Origin: Kiritimatiellia bacterium
GTDB taxonomy: Bacteria; Verrucomicrobiota; Kiritimatiellia; RFP12; JBMNHG01
Direction: 5' to 3'
Assembly (NCBI GenBank): GCA_050950285.1
Contig: JBMNHG010000011.1
Coordinates: forward strand, 186,001 to 250,000
DNA: 64,000 nucleotides
Shown here: piece by piece, positions 30,474 through 40,236 of the stretch
Position numbering within the stretch: the first letter of the stretch is position 1
How the letters are laid out: each line of letters begins with the position of its first letter
The notes under the pieces: model-generated
Told to the model about the DNA's origin: nothing
The model's input: only the letters and a program-made list of their open reading frames with translations
Database searches by the model: none
Program-made: the position numbers and the translations under genes

Positions 30474-30509
30474 CCCCGTCCGCCCGCCCGTCGGGGCTGT
30501 CCCCCGCTT

Positions 30510-32123
30510 TCAGGGGCGGATGCGGAACGCCCTGCGGCCTTCCGGGAGTTCGACGGCCTCGGCGCTTCGTCCATAGGGGCGGAGGCGGGAAAGGGCTTCG
30601 CCGCAGAGTCCGTTGGTGGTGGTGAGGAGCACGGGGGCGTCGTGGAAGGCGATGCGGGCGGCGGCGGCGCGGGGTTCGAGCCCATGCCCTTCGAGGAAGG
30701 GGGGGACCACGGAGACGAAGTCCAGGTCCGGGCGGTCGACGGAGGGGAGGCGGGCGATCCATTCCATGGAGTGCTGGAAGGCCATGTCGTCCACCACGAG
30801 CGCGCCGTGCGGCGCCGTCGCGACCAGGATGGCGGCCGTCCGTTCGAGCGATCCGCGGTCGTGGAAGACGGGATCGGCGAGCATTCCCACGAGGTCGCCG
30901 CGGTGTTCGTAGTCCCTGGCGATGGCGCCGAAGCGTTTGGCCCAGTAGCCGGAACCCGACTTCGACCATGCGGGAATGCGGGGATAGATCCCAAAGGCGA
31001 GGAGAACCGAGGCGGCGGGCAGGAGGATTCGGAGGCCGCGAAGGAGGGGTGCGCGCTTTCCGGGCAAGCGGACGCGCGCCAGCAGGAGCGAGCCGAGGAA
31101 GGAGGAGACGGCGAAGACGGGGAGGAAGAAGGCGAAGCGATCCCACGCGCCGTAGGAAAGGGCGAAGAGCGCGGTCGGGAGCGCGAGAAGGGAACAGTGC
31201 CAGCGGAAGGCGCGTCCGGCGGATGCGGAAGTGCGCTTCTCCGGGCTTCCCTGGCGATCGGCGAAGAGGGGGGCCGGCAGGATGGGGACCAGCGCGAGGA
31301 CGAAGCCCGCGCCGGCGGCCAGCGCGAAGGGGGTCGGGTGTTCGAGCGTCCAGAGGTCGGCGAGGCGGCGCGCGATTTCGGTTCCGGAGAGGGGCTGGAA
31401 CATCTGCGATCGGAAGCCGCCGCCCGCGAGGAGGGAGAGGGCGTCCGGATGGCGGAGGATGTCGCGGACGAGCAGCGCGAGGAAGGGAGTCAGCCCCAGC
31501 AGGCCCGCCAGCAGGGCGGGGAAGACGGCCCGTGCGCCGCGCCGCCGGCCGGCGTGGAGCAGCCACGGGATGCAGCCCGGGCCCAGCACGCCCAGCGCGA
31601 TATGGTTGGCCAGCGCGAGCGAGGCGGTGAAGCAGAGCAGGCACAGGGCGGGCGAGGCGCGGGACGAGGGTTGCCCCGCGTCTTCCTGCACCAGTCGGAC
31701 GCCGGCGTAGAGGGCGAGCGAGACGAAGAGCGAACCGATGGCATAGTTTTCGGCGACGGTGCCATGCCACCACGCCGAGTGCCCCGTGGCATGGGCGAGG
31801 GCGCAGGCGAGGGCGAGGATGCGCGGGACGCCGGCGCGCACCAGGGCGAGCGCGAAAAGCCCGATGGCGGCGGCCATCGGGAGGATCGAAATCCAGACCA
31901 GACGGGAGGGGAAGGCTTCCGGCGGCGCGCCGCGGGTGACGAGCCACCCGAGGAGGTTCGCGAGCGGATGGTTCCAGGCGGCGACGGAGGGTTCCAGGCG
32001 GCGCGCCGCATCCGCCAGGACCGCCCAGTCGGGGAGGCCGATGCCGCGATGGGCCGTCAGCGCGTACAGCGCAAGCGGGAGGAGGAACGCGAGGACGGCG
32101 AAGGTCCGGTCGTGGCGCCGCAT
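30510..32123 (-). CDS. Multi-pass membrane protein, GT-C/DUF2723-like
   Basis: LALYALTAH..GLPDWAVL...HPL...WWHGTVAENYA...LANHIAL pattern; many TM helices. Confidence 0.55.
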   Translation of the reverse strand: MRRHDRTFAVLAFLLPLALYALTAHRGIGLPDWAVLADAARRLEPSVAAWNHPLANLLGWLVTRGAPPEAFPSRLVWISILPMAAAIGLFALALVRAGVPRILALACALAHATGHSAWWHGTVAENYAIGSLFVSLALYAGVRLVQEDAGQPSSRASPALCLLCFTASLALANHIALGVLGPGCIPWLLHAGRRRGARAVFPALLAGLLGLTPFLALLVRDILRHPDALSLLAGGGFRSQMFQPLSGTEIARRLADLWTLEHPTPFALAAGAGFVLALVPILPAPLFADRQGSPEKRTSASAGRAFRWHCSLLALPTALFALSYGAWDRFAFFLPVFAVSSFLGSLLLARVRLPGKRAPLLRGLRILLPAASVLLAFGIYPRIPAWSKSGSGYWAKRFGAIARDYEHRGDLVGMLADPVFHDRGSLERTAAILVATAPHGALVVDDMAFQHSMEWIARLPSVDRPDLDFVSVVPPFLEGHGLEPRAAAARIAFHDAPVLLTTTNGLCGEALSRLRPYGRSAEAVELPEGRRAFRIRP

Positions 32124-32125
32124 GA

Positions 32126-33103
32126 TCAATGCCCGGCGTGGGTGCGGATGTCCGGCTCGGGCTCCTGGTTGTAGACCTTCGAGAAGGGGGGGACGGAGTG
32201 GATGAGCCACACGTTCGCGCCGATCACGGAGTCGTGGCCGATGCGGGTGTTGCCGCCGAGGATGGTCGCGCCGGCGTAGACGACGACGTTGTCCTCGACG
32301 TCCGGGTGGCGTTTGATGCCCTTCACGAGATTGCCGTCCGCGTCCTTCGCGAAGCTGAGGGCGCCGAGGGTGACGCCCTGGTAGAGCTTCACGCGGCGGC
32401 CGATGGTGCAGGTTTCGCCGATGACCACGCCGGTCCCGTGGTCGATGAAGAATCCGGGGCCGATGGTGGCGCCGGGATGGATGTCGATGCCGGTGAGCGA
32501 GTGGGCGTGTTCGCTCATCACGCGCGGGATGATGGGCACGCCGGCCTGGTGGAGGGCGTGGGCGATGCGGTGGACGATCACGGCGTAGAGGCCGGGATAG
32601 CTGAGCACGACCTCCATGGTGGATCGCGCGGCGGGATCGCCTTCGTAGGCGGCGGTGATGTCCTCCTGGAGCATGTCCCGGATGGAGGGGAGGGCGTCGA
32701 GGAGGAAGCCGACGGCCGTTTCGGCCTCGGTGCGGCAGGTTCCGCAGTCGCGGCAGAAGGGGCAGGGGCGGTGGAAGGCCAGCATCTGGAAGATCTGGTC
32801 GCGCAGGAGGAGGGCGACGTCGGCGAGGGCGCGGGTGTGGAGGGCGGGATCGTTGGCGCCGCCCCTTTCGCCGCGGCCGTGGCAGCCGGGGAAGAGCAGG
32901 CCGATCAGCTGTTTCAGCACGTCGACGATCGCCTGCTGCCCGGGCAGGGCGTCGCTACGGCGCGCACGGCTGCTTCCCGCGCAGTTCGCGCAGGGGGCGA
33001 GGGCGCGCGAAAGGCGTTGGAGGCGGGGTCCGAGCCAGTCTTCGGCGGCGCCGGATCCGGCGTCGGGGGAGGGGGGCGGCGAGTCGGCGGCGGGGGAGTC
33101 CAT
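32126..33103 (-). CDS. cysE: Serine O-acetyltransferase (EpsC/CysE type)
   Basis: GDPAARS...SYPG, TGIDIHPGATIG, FIDHGTGVVIGET, YQGVTLGA and KRHP motifs. Confidence 0.93.
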   Translation of the reverse strand: MDSPAADSPPPSPDAGSGAAEDWLGPRLQRLSRALAPCANCAGSSRARRSDALPGQQAIVDVLKQLIGLLFPGCHGRGERGGANDPALHTRALADVALLLRDQIFQMLAFHRPCPFCRDCGTCRTEAETAVGFLLDALPSIRDMLQEDITAAYEGDPAARSTMEVVLSYPGLYAVIVHRIAHALHQAGVPIIPRVMSEHAHSLTGIDIHPGATIGPGFFIDHGTGVVIGETCTIGRRVKLYQGVTLGALSFAKDADGNLVKGIKRHPDVEDNVVVYAGATILGGNTRIGHDSVIGANVWLIHSVPPFSKVYNQEPEPDIRTHAGH

Positions 33104-33107
33104 GGGG

Positions 33108-34934
33108 CTAGGCGCGCGTGTCGGAGCGGCCGATCTTCACGATCACATGCTCCGCGCCGTAGTTGGGCGCGTTGAGGGCGAGAAGGAACCGGCCGAGGAG
33201 GCTGGTGGTGACGTAGCGGCGTTCGAGCACGCGGATGCCTTCCTTCTTGCAGAGATCGAGGAAGTCGTGCAGGGTGAAGAGGTGGATGTTCGGCGTGTCG
33301 TACCAGGCGAAGGGCAGGTGCTTGCTCATCGGCATGCGGCCCCGGAAGAAGAGATACGAACGCACGGGCAGGTAGCCGAAGTTCGGGAAGGCGATGACGG
33401 CGGTGCGGGCCACGCGCAGGATCTGGCGGAGCACGTGGAGCGGGCGCTTCATGGCCTGGAGCGTCTCGCTCAGCACGACGAAGTCGAAGCTGTCGTCCGG
33501 GACGGTCGCCAGGCCGTCGTCCACGTCCTGGCGGAGCACGTTGGTTCCCAGGTCAATGGCGCGGACCACCTTGTCGAGGTCGATCTCGACGCCGGTGCCG
33601 ACGACCTTCCGTTCGGCGGCGAGCTGGCGGAGCAGGGAGCCGTCGCCGCATCCGAGGTCGAGCACGCGCGAGGTGGGCGGAACCATGTCCAGGACGGCGG
33701 CGCGCTCGAGGGTTTTGTGCTTCCCGAGCGGGGGATCCGGGGGGACCAGGGCGGTGCGCGGGCCGACCCACGGGAGGTAGGAGCGGATGACCACCTTGAG
33801 TTCGGAGAGGTGGGTGATGAAGGCGTCGTGCCCGGCGCGCGTGTGGAGGTGGCAGTACGAGACCTCCTTGCGGCAGGCGATGAGCGCGCGGACGATGTCT
33901 TCGGACTGTTCGGGGTGGAAGAGCCAGTCGCCGCTCAGGGCCACGATGAGGAACTTCGCCCGTACCGATTCGAAGGCCTTCTCCAGCGAGCCGAAACGTT
34001 CGGCAAGGTCGAACTCGTCCAGCGCGCGGGTGGCGTGGAGGTAGGAGTTCGCGTCGAAGCGGTTGACGAACTTGTCGCCCTGGTGTGCGAGGTAGCTTTC
34101 GACCTGGAAGGTGGTGCGGAACTCGCGGCGCGCCTTTTCGTGGGCGTCCGCATCGGCATGGACCCATTCCGGGCGGCGCTCGCGGCCGAACTTGTCCTCC
34201 ATCAGGTCGAGCGAGAGATAGGTGACGTGGGCGATCTTGCGGGCCCGGGAGAGGCCGTGCATCGGGGAGCGGCCGCTCTCGTAGTAGTCGCCTTCCTGCC
34301 AGTTCGGATCCTGGGTGATGGCTTCGCGGCCGATGATGTCGAAGGCGAGCGCCTGGGGGTTCAAGGAGGCGGCGGAGGCGATGACGATGCAGTGGTCGAT
34401 CGCGTCGGGGTAGCGGACGGCCCATTCCAGGGCCTGCATGCCGCCGAAACTTCCGCCGATGACGGCGGCGAGGCGCTGGATGCCGAGCTGCTGGAGGAAC
34501 ATCCGCTGGACGGCCACCATGTCGCCCACCGTGATTTCGGGGAAGCTCGAACCGTAGGGGCGGCCGGTTTCGGGGTTGATGGAGGAAGGCCCGGTGGTGC
34601 CTTTGCATCCGCTGAGGAAGTTCGTGCAGATGACGCAGTAGTGGCGGGTGTCGATGCCGCGGCCTTCGCCGACCATCCCTTCCCACCAGCCGGAGGGTTT
34701 CGTCTCGCCGGGCCGCAACCCCGCGACGTGCGCGTCCCCGGTGAGCGCGCAGCACACGAAGACCACGTTGGAACAGTCGGGGGCGAGCGTGCCGCACATC
34801 TCGTACGCCACGTCGACCTCGGGGAGCATCCCGCCCCGCTCCAACTGGAATCCGCCGGGCGGAAGCCGAAGCTTGAGTGTCTTCGGCTCGACCACGCCAA
34901 CGCATCCTTCGGGAATGGAAATCGTTTCGCCCAT
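33108..34934 (-). CDS. metX: Homoserine O-acetyltransferase MetX fused to methionine biosynthesis protein MetW
   Basis: ALTGDAH, GWWEGMVG, GCKGTTGP, GGSFGGMQ, RFDANSY and GHDAF; C-terminal VLDLGCGDG...FPNFGY...WYDTPNIH (MetW). Confidence 0.92.
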   Translation of the reverse strand: MGETISIPEGCVGVVEPKTLKLRLPPGGFQLERGGMLPEVDVAYEMCGTLAPDCSNVVFVCCALTGDAHVAGLRPGETKPSGWWEGMVGEGRGIDTRHYCVICTNFLSGCKGTTGPSSINPETGRPYGSSFPEITVGDMVAVQRMFLQQLGIQRLAAVIGGSFGGMQALEWAVRYPDAIDHCIVIASAASLNPQALAFDIIGREAITQDPNWQEGDYYESGRSPMHGLSRARKIAHVTYLSLDLMEDKFGRERRPEWVHADADAHEKARREFRTTFQVESYLAHQGDKFVNRFDANSYLHATRALDEFDLAERFGSLEKAFESVRAKFLIVALSGDWLFHPEQSEDIVRALIACRKEVSYCHLHTRAGHDAFITHLSELKVVIRSYLPWVGPRTALVPPDPPLGKHKTLERAAVLDMVPPTSRVLDLGCGDGSLLRQLAAERKVVGTGVEIDLDKVVRAIDLGTNVLRQDVDDGLATVPDDSFDFVVLSETLQAMKRPLHVLRQILRVARTAVIAFPNFGYLPVRSYLFFRGRMPMSKHLPFAWYDTPNIHLFTLHDFLDLCKKEGIRVLERRYVTTSLLGRFLLALNAPNYGAEHVIVKIGRSDTRA

Positions 34935-35022
34935 GCTCGTTTCGCTTCTCCACGGGCTTCTTCAGACAGACGCCCGCCCGTGCAACGGCCCATTGCTCGC
35001 AATCGCCCGGGAAATTGGCGGA

Positions 35023-35051
35023 AGTGTAACGCATCCCCGCCAAAGGGACAA
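35023..35051 (-). promoter_or_regulatory. sigma70-type promoter of metXW-cysE
   Basis: Minus strand TTGTCC-17 nt-TACACT. Confidence 0.55.
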
Positions 35052-35141
35052 GAGGCAAAACCGCGTCACGGGCGCCTGGAAAGGCAGGGCGAATCCAAGG
35101 CGCCCTTTCGAAAATCCCGCGACAGGAGCAACACGCTTCCC

Positions 35142-35170
35142 TTGACTCCAACGCCAAACAAGCTTACGCT
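35142..35170 (+). promoter_or_regulatory. sigma70-type promoter upstream of a structured leader and xseB
   Basis: TTGACT-17 nt-TACGCT. Confidence 0.6.
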
Positions 35171-35176
35171 CACATC

Positions 35177-35295
35177 GGGCCACGTGGCCGGCATCGTCGT
35201 ATCCCACCGGCTTGACACGGAGCACATGGCGGACCACGTGGCCCTTCCGATGCCCGGCAGTGTACGGGCCGGTTCCCCGCAGGCTTCCCGGCCCG
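35177..35295 (+). ncRNA. Candidate structured RNA or 5' leader of unknown family
   Basis: Begins 7 nt after the -10. GGGCCACGTGG (35177-35187) pairs with CCACGTGGCCC (35234-35244); a second hairpin is CGGGCCGG/CCGGCCCG (35265-35295). Confidence 0.35.
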
Positions 35296-35353
35296 CATCC
35301 TGCCTCTGCCGTTGACCGACACCCCGACCTTCTCCTGTCGAATGGGGGATTCC

Positions 35354-35602
35354 ATGCCCGAAAAGAAAAACGCCGAACCGTCCTTTGAGACCGCCCTCGA
35401 ACAACTCGAAACCCTCGTCCGGCAACTCGAATCCGGCACGATGGGGCTGGACGAGATGGTCGCTTCGTTCGAGCGGGGCCAGAAGCTCGTCTCCCTCTGC
35501 ACCGCGAAGCTGGACGAGGTCGAGAAGAAAATCGAAGTGCTCGTGAAATCCGCAAGCGGCGAACTCTCGACGAAGCCGCTCGATGCCGGCCCCGCGTCTT
35601 GA
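35354..35602 (+). CDS. xseB: Exodeoxyribonuclease VII small subunit
   Basis: SFETALEQLETLVRQLESG...FERGQKLVSLC..KLDEVEKKIEVL. Confidence 0.93.
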   Translation: MPEKKNAEPSFETALEQLETLVRQLESGTMGLDEMVASFERGQKLVSLCTAKLDEVEKKIEVLVKSASGELSTKPLDAGPAS

Positions 35603-35609
35603 GCCCATC

Positions 35610-36806
35610 ATGGCGCTGAAGCACACCCCCATTCCGCTGGCCATCGTCGGCGGTGGCGCCGCGGGCCTCTTCGCCGCCTCCGTCGCGGCGGGCCGCGCGC
35701 TTCCGTCGCTCGTCTTCGAGCGGAAGGCCCGCCTCGGGACGAAGTTGCTGATGACCGCCAACGGCCGCTGCAATTTCACCCGCGACCTCTCGCCCGAAGC
35801 CATGGCGCAGGATCTGGGCGACCCGGTCGGCCCCTGGGTCCTCCCGGCGCTGGAGGCGTGCCCTCCTTCGCTCATCGCAGGCGGCTTCCGCGCCCTCGGC
35901 GTGAAGCTCCGGCGCATGGACGACGGCCGGCTCTTCCCCGCCTCCGGCGAAGCCAGGACCATCGTCCATGCCTTCGGCGACTTCCTGCGCGACGAGGGCG
36001 TCCCCCTTTGCACGAACTGCCCGGTCACCGGCATCCAGCCGATGAAGAACGGCTTCCTCGTGGCCGCCGGCTTCTTCACGGTCTGGGCCGAGAAGGTGCT
36101 GGTTGCCACGGGCGGGCTCTCGTTCCCGAAGACGGGCTCCGTGGGCGACGGGTTCCGCATGGCGCGCGAGACCGGCCACACGGTCGAACCATGCCGCGCC
36201 GGGCTCATCGGATACGAGACGGCCGACCCGCAGGCCGTCCGCCGCGCCGGCGAACGCATCGCGGACTCCTGCGCCCGCGTGCTGGACAAAAACGGCGCGC
36301 CGCTTTTCGAGGCTTCCGGCGAGGTCGCGTGCGAGACGTGGGGGGTCGGCGGCGCCGCCGTCTACAACTGCTCCCGCTACGTCGCCCGCCACCCGCCCGC
36401 AGGCGGCTGGACGCTGGAGGTCCGCTTCGGCGACGGCCCCGTCCTGCGCCTCGCATCCCCCGCGCCCCGGCCCATCCAGGAGGCCATCGTCACCATCGGC
36501 GGCGTCTCGCTCTCCGACGTCAATCCCGCCACGATGGAATCGCGCAAGCTCCCCGGGCTCTATTTCGCCGGCGAGGTGCTTGACATCGACGGGCCCACCG
36601 GCGGCTACAACATCACGCTCGCGTTCGCCACCGCGCGCCTCGCCGTCGAATCCGTCTGCGACGCCCGCGGCATGCCGCCCTCCCGCCCCGCGCCCCGCGC
36701 GTCCGGGCGCCCCCGCGGCGGAAAAACGCAGAAACCCCGCCCCCGCCGCCCCCGCCGCGATTCCCGCGGCCGCGGCAACCACCCCGATCCCGGAGAAATA
36801 CCATGA
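35610..36806 (+). CDS. HI0933/BaiN-family flavoprotein
   Basis: IVGGGAAG, KLLMTANGRCNFT, ATGGLSFPKTGSVGDG and GLYFAGEVLDIDGPTGGYN motifs. Confidence 0.9.
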   Translation: MALKHTPIPLAIVGGGAAGLFAASVAAGRALPSLVFERKARLGTKLLMTANGRCNFTRDLSPEAMAQDLGDPVGPWVLPALEACPPSLIAGGFRALGVKLRRMDDGRLFPASGEARTIVHAFGDFLRDEGVPLCTNCPVTGIQPMKNGFLVAAGFFTVWAEKVLVATGGLSFPKTGSVGDGFRMARETGHTVEPCRAGLIGYETADPQAVRRAGERIADSCARVLDKNGAPLFEASGEVACETWGVGGAAVYNCSRYVARHPPAGGWTLEVRFGDGPVLRLASPAPRPIQEAIVTIGGVSLSDVNPATMESRKLPGLYFAGEVLDIDGPTGGYNITLAFATARLAVESVCDARGMPPSRPAPRASGRPRGGKTQKPRPRRPRRDSRGRGNHPDPGEIP

Positions 36807-38062
36807 ATCCCGCCAGTTTCGCCGATTTCGACGCCCGCGCCCGGGCGGGCGAACGCCTCGTCGTCGCCTTCTTCGGCGGCTCGCTCACCTGGAGCGCCAA
36901 CGCAAGCGACCCCAACCGGACCGGCTTCCGCGGCCGCATGGCGGACTACCTCGAAGAGAAGTATCCCGCCGCGCACTTCACCTTCGTGGACGCCGCGCTC
37001 GGCGGCACCGGCTCCAAACTCGGCATCTTCCGCCTCGACCGCGACGTGCTCGCGAAGAAGCCGGACCTCGTCTTCCTCGACTTCATCTGCAACGACGGCG
37101 GCGAAGGCCTCGAACTCTCCAACACCTGCTGCTACGAGTCCCTCCTCCGCCGGATGATCGGCGCCGGCGTCCCCGTGGTCCAGATGTTCTTCACCTTCAA
37201 GTTCTGGGCCGCCCACGGCGCGCCGTTCGACGCGGACGACTGCCACCCGCGCCTGGTCCCCTACTCCCGGCTCGTCGAAGCCTACGCCACCGGCGTGGGC
37301 AACGTCTACCGGGACGGCCTGATCGACGCCATCGAATCCGGCGCCATCGCCCCGACCCGCCAGGAGGCGCTGGACACCCTCTGGCCGATCGACGGCGGAC
37401 ACCCCGTCGACCTCGGCTACGCCTACTTCGCGCAGGCCGGCATCGCCGGCTTCGAGCGCGCGGTCGCCGCCCGGCTCGTCTGCCGCGTGCCCGAACGCCC
37501 CGTCTTCGGAACCGTGCGGGACGTCCGGCGCTTCGATCCCGTCGACGCGCCGCTCCCCGCCGGGTGGACGCGCAAGCTCACCTACCGGACCTCGCTCTGG
37601 TACGACGGCCTCTCTTCGCGCTGGATGGGCGATGTCGCGGCCTTCGGCGGCACCGAGCCTTCCCCGCTTTCGTTCCGTGCGAAGGGGAATCTCTTCGGCC
37701 TCTTCGGCGAGGCGGATCAGGACGCCTTGGAGTTCGATGTCCTCTGCGACGGCGCACCCGTCGCGCGCTTTGACGCCTATCATCGCGCGGGGCCGGGGCG
37801 CCTCTTCATCTGGCGCGCCCAAAATCTCGAAGGATGGGAGGCGGGCGAATCGGCCGGACACGAGTTCGCCATCGTCCCCATCCCCTCGCCCGACGGCAAG
37901 GGCGAACTCCGCATCGGGTCGCTGTGCACCGCCACGCTCGCGCCCGAACCCGAGGCCGTGGAGGAAAGCCGCCGCCGCGAAGCCGCGTCGGCCGCACGGA
38001 AGGCCGCCGCCGAAGCCGCGAAACCCATCGAGGCCCTCGACCACGCCCGAGGCAAGAAGTAG
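36803..38062 (+). CDS. SGNH/GDSL hydrolase family protein
   Basis: VAFFGGSLT (block I), AALGGTGS, PDLVFLDFICND and DGGHP motifs. Confidence 0.8.
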   Translation: MNPASFADFDARARAGERLVVAFFGGSLTWSANASDPNRTGFRGRMADYLEEKYPAAHFTFVDAALGGTGSKLGIFRLDRDVLAKKPDLVFLDFICNDGGEGLELSNTCCYESLLRRMIGAGVPVVQMFFTFKFWAAHGAPFDADDCHPRLVPYSRLVEAYATGVGNVYRDGLIDAIESGAIAPTRQEALDTLWPIDGGHPVDLGYAYFAQAGIAGFERAVAARLVCRVPERPVFGTVRDVRRFDPVDAPLPAGWTRKLTYRTSLWYDGLSSRWMGDVAAFGGTEPSPLSFRAKGNLFGLFGEADQDALEFDVLCDGAPVARFDAYHRAGPGRLFIWRAQNLEGWEAGESAGHEFAIVPIPSPDGKGELRIGSLCTATLAPEPEAVEESRRREAASAARKAAAEAAKPIEALDHARGKK

Positions 38063-38077
38063 GGGCGGGGAAACAAA

Positions 38078-38155
38078 GGAAACGCGCGTCCGACGCAGGA
38101 ACGTCGAACGCGCGTTTCCCGTTTCCGGGATGCCTGCGGCGCGCCGCAGGCATCC
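38078..38155. terminator. Two hairpins between convergent genes
   Basis: GGAAACGCGCGT...ACGCGCGTTTCC and GGATGCCTGCGGC-GC-GCCGCAGGCATCC. Confidence 0.55.
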
Positions 38156-38175
38156 GTGCCGGGGTGGAGAACACC

Positions 38176-39333
38176 CTATTTGATGGCGACTTCCTTGCCG
38201 GCGGCGGCAGAGCGGTAGACGCCGTCGAGGATCTTCTGGACGTTCAGTCCGTCCTCGCCGGAAGCACTCAGCTCCGTGTCCTTGAGGCAGCCGCTCGCCC
38301 AGTCCTTCAGCTTGGCCGTGAACATGGCATCCCAGCCGTCATCGCCGAGGTAGTGCGGGGTGATGTCGACCATCGTGTTGTTCTGGTCGGTGTAGACAAC
38401 CGGGTCGGGCCACTTGCAGCCGGCGCGGGTGCCGATCGCGGAGAAGCAGTGCTTCTCTTCGGGCACGTGGGCGGCGAAGGAAGACTCGATCTGCATGATG
38501 GCGCCGTTGGCGAAACGAATCTGGCCGATCGCGAGATCCTCGACCGTGTAGGTCTTCCAGTCCCATCCCGGCCACGGGCAACGCACGTCGGTGGCCTCTT
38601 TCTTGTTGCCCATGTAGGTCCAGCAGTTCGCGCTGGCGGCCACCGGCTTCGGGCAGCCCATGAACTCGTAGGCGGCCTCGATCATGTGCACGCCGATGTC
38701 GATCATCGGGCCGCCGCCCTGCTTCTCCTTCTGGCCGAAGACACCCCAGTTCGGGATGCCGCGGCGACGGAGGGCCTGGACCTTCACGAACAGGATGTCG
38801 CCAAAGACGCCATTGTCGCGCGCCTCGAGGAGCGCCTGCATCCCGGGACGGTAGCGGTGCTGGAAGCCGACGGAAAGCTTGACCTTGCTCTTCTTGGCGG
38901 CCTGGATCATCTTCTCGCACTCGGCGGGGTTCATCGCCATGGGTTTTTCCACGATGGCGTGCTTGCCGGCGTTGCAGGCATCGACCACGGGCTTGCAGTG
39001 CCAGCCGTTCGGCGTGCAGACGTCCACGGCGTCAATCCGGTCGCCCATCTTCTTGAGCATCTCGACCCATCCGGTCTGCGACGTGGTCTTGCCGGTCTTG
39101 AAGCTGGCTCCGAAGAGGCAGTCCTCGGGGATTCCCCAGGTGTCGCGCATGATCTTGAGGCGTTCGATGTCCACATCGACGCCCGCGACGACTTCGACTT
39201 CGGGGATGTTCTTGAAGTTGTGGAGGTGGGTCTGGGCGATGCCGCCGCACCCGATGATCGCGACGCGAAGCTTCTTGCCTTTGTAGGCTTTCTTGGGGGC
39301 TTCCATCGCCGTGGAGACGCTCTTCTGTGCCAT
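38176..39333 (-). CDS. Gfo/Idh/MocA family oxidoreductase
   Basis: VAIIGCGGIA, DAVDVCTPN.H, GKHAIVEKPMA and GGGPMIDIGVH motifs. Confidence 0.92.
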   Translation of the reverse strand: MAQKSVSTAMEAPKKAYKGKKLRVAIIGCGGIAQTHLHNFKNIPEVEVVAGVDVDIERLKIMRDTWGIPEDCLFGASFKTGKTTSQTGWVEMLKKMGDRIDAVDVCTPNGWHCKPVVDACNAGKHAIVEKPMAMNPAECEKMIQAAKKSKVKLSVGFQHRYRPGMQALLEARDNGVFGDILFVKVQALRRRGIPNWGVFGQKEKQGGGPMIDIGVHMIEAAYEFMGCPKPVAASANCWTYMGNKKEATDVRCPWPGWDWKTYTVEDLAIGQIRFANGAIMQIESSFAAHVPEEKHCFSAIGTRAGCKWPDPVVYTDQNNTMVDITPHYLGDDGWDAMFTAKLKDWASGCLKDTELSASGEDGLNVQKILDGVYRSAAAGKEVAIK

Positions 39334-39548
39334 GATGCCTGCTCCTGCGCGAGTCCGCGCAATTGCCGCCCGGCGTGCCTCTCCGGACCGTCCGTCCGCA
39401 CTCGCGGGGGCGGGGATCGCCACGCATGGGGGCAGGGAATGCGTTGAAATGCTTGAGGGGAAGGGTAGCACACCCGGGAGAGCAACACAACCCGGCGATG
39501 CGTCCCGTTGGATCGGACGCACCCTCCGCGGCGGCGGCGTTCCCTGTC

Positions 39549-39577
39549 TTTACTTCGCACCCGGGCCGCGCTATGCT
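39549..39577 (+). promoter_or_regulatory. sigma70-type promoter (probably leaderless) of folE
   Basis: TTTACT-17 nt-TATGCT, 7 nt before ATG 39585. Confidence 0.6.
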
Positions 39578-39584
39578 TTCCACC

Positions 39585-40196
39585 ATGGCCACCCGAAAGA
39601 AATCTCCCGGCGACCCGCCATCCGATTCCGTCCGCAAGCCCGATCCCCGGCGAATCGCCGAACTCGTGCGCGCCCTCCTTGTGGAACTGGGCGAAGATCC
39701 CGGCCGCGAGGGGCTCCTGCGTACGCCGGAGCGCGTCGCGCGATCGCTTTCCTTCCTGGTGAGCGGCGAGGGCATCTCGCCCTCCCAGGTCGTGAGCGAC
39801 GCCGTCTTCCATTCCCCCACGAACAACATGATCGTCGTGCGGGACATCGAGGTCTACAGCCTCTGCGAACACCACATGCTGCCGTTCTACGGACGATGCC
39901 ACGTGGGCTACATCGCGAAGGGGCGCGTGCTGGGCGTGAGCAAGATCGCGCGGATCGTCGACACCTTCGCGCACCGTCTCCAGATCCAGGAACGCCTCAC
40001 CGCGCAAATCGCCGCCGCCATGCGCGACACCGTGGGCGCGGAGGGCGTGGGCGTGGTGATGGAATGCCGCCACCTCTGCATGATGATGCGCGGCGTCCAA
40101 AAACAGAACTCCGTCATGACCACCTCGTCGGTGCTCGGCTGTTTCCACCGGGATGGTCCCACGCGGGCCGAATTCCTCAGCCTCATCGGGAAGTGA
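39585..40196 (+). CDS. folE: GTP cyclohydrolase I
   Basis: [41 protein letters not shown] and HLCMMMRGV motifs. Confidence 0.96.
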   Translation: MATRKKSPGDPPSDSVRKPDPRRIAELVRALLVELGEDPGREGLLRTPERVARSLSFLVSGEGISPSQVVSDAVFHSPTNNMIVVRDIEVYSLCEHHMLPFYGRCHVGYIAKGRVLGVSKIARIVDTFAHRLQIQERLTAQIAAAMRDTVGAEGVGVVMECRHLCMMMRGVQKQNSVMTTSSVLGCFHRDGPTRAEFLSLIGK

Positions 40197-40236
40197 GGCC
40201 TTCGGCGCACGCAAACCCCGAAGCAAGGACAATGCC

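Noticed and set aside
35177..35244. SRP (4.5S) or 6S RNA
   Set aside because: It lacks the SRP helix-8 motif and is too short for 6S; kept only as an unknown candidate.
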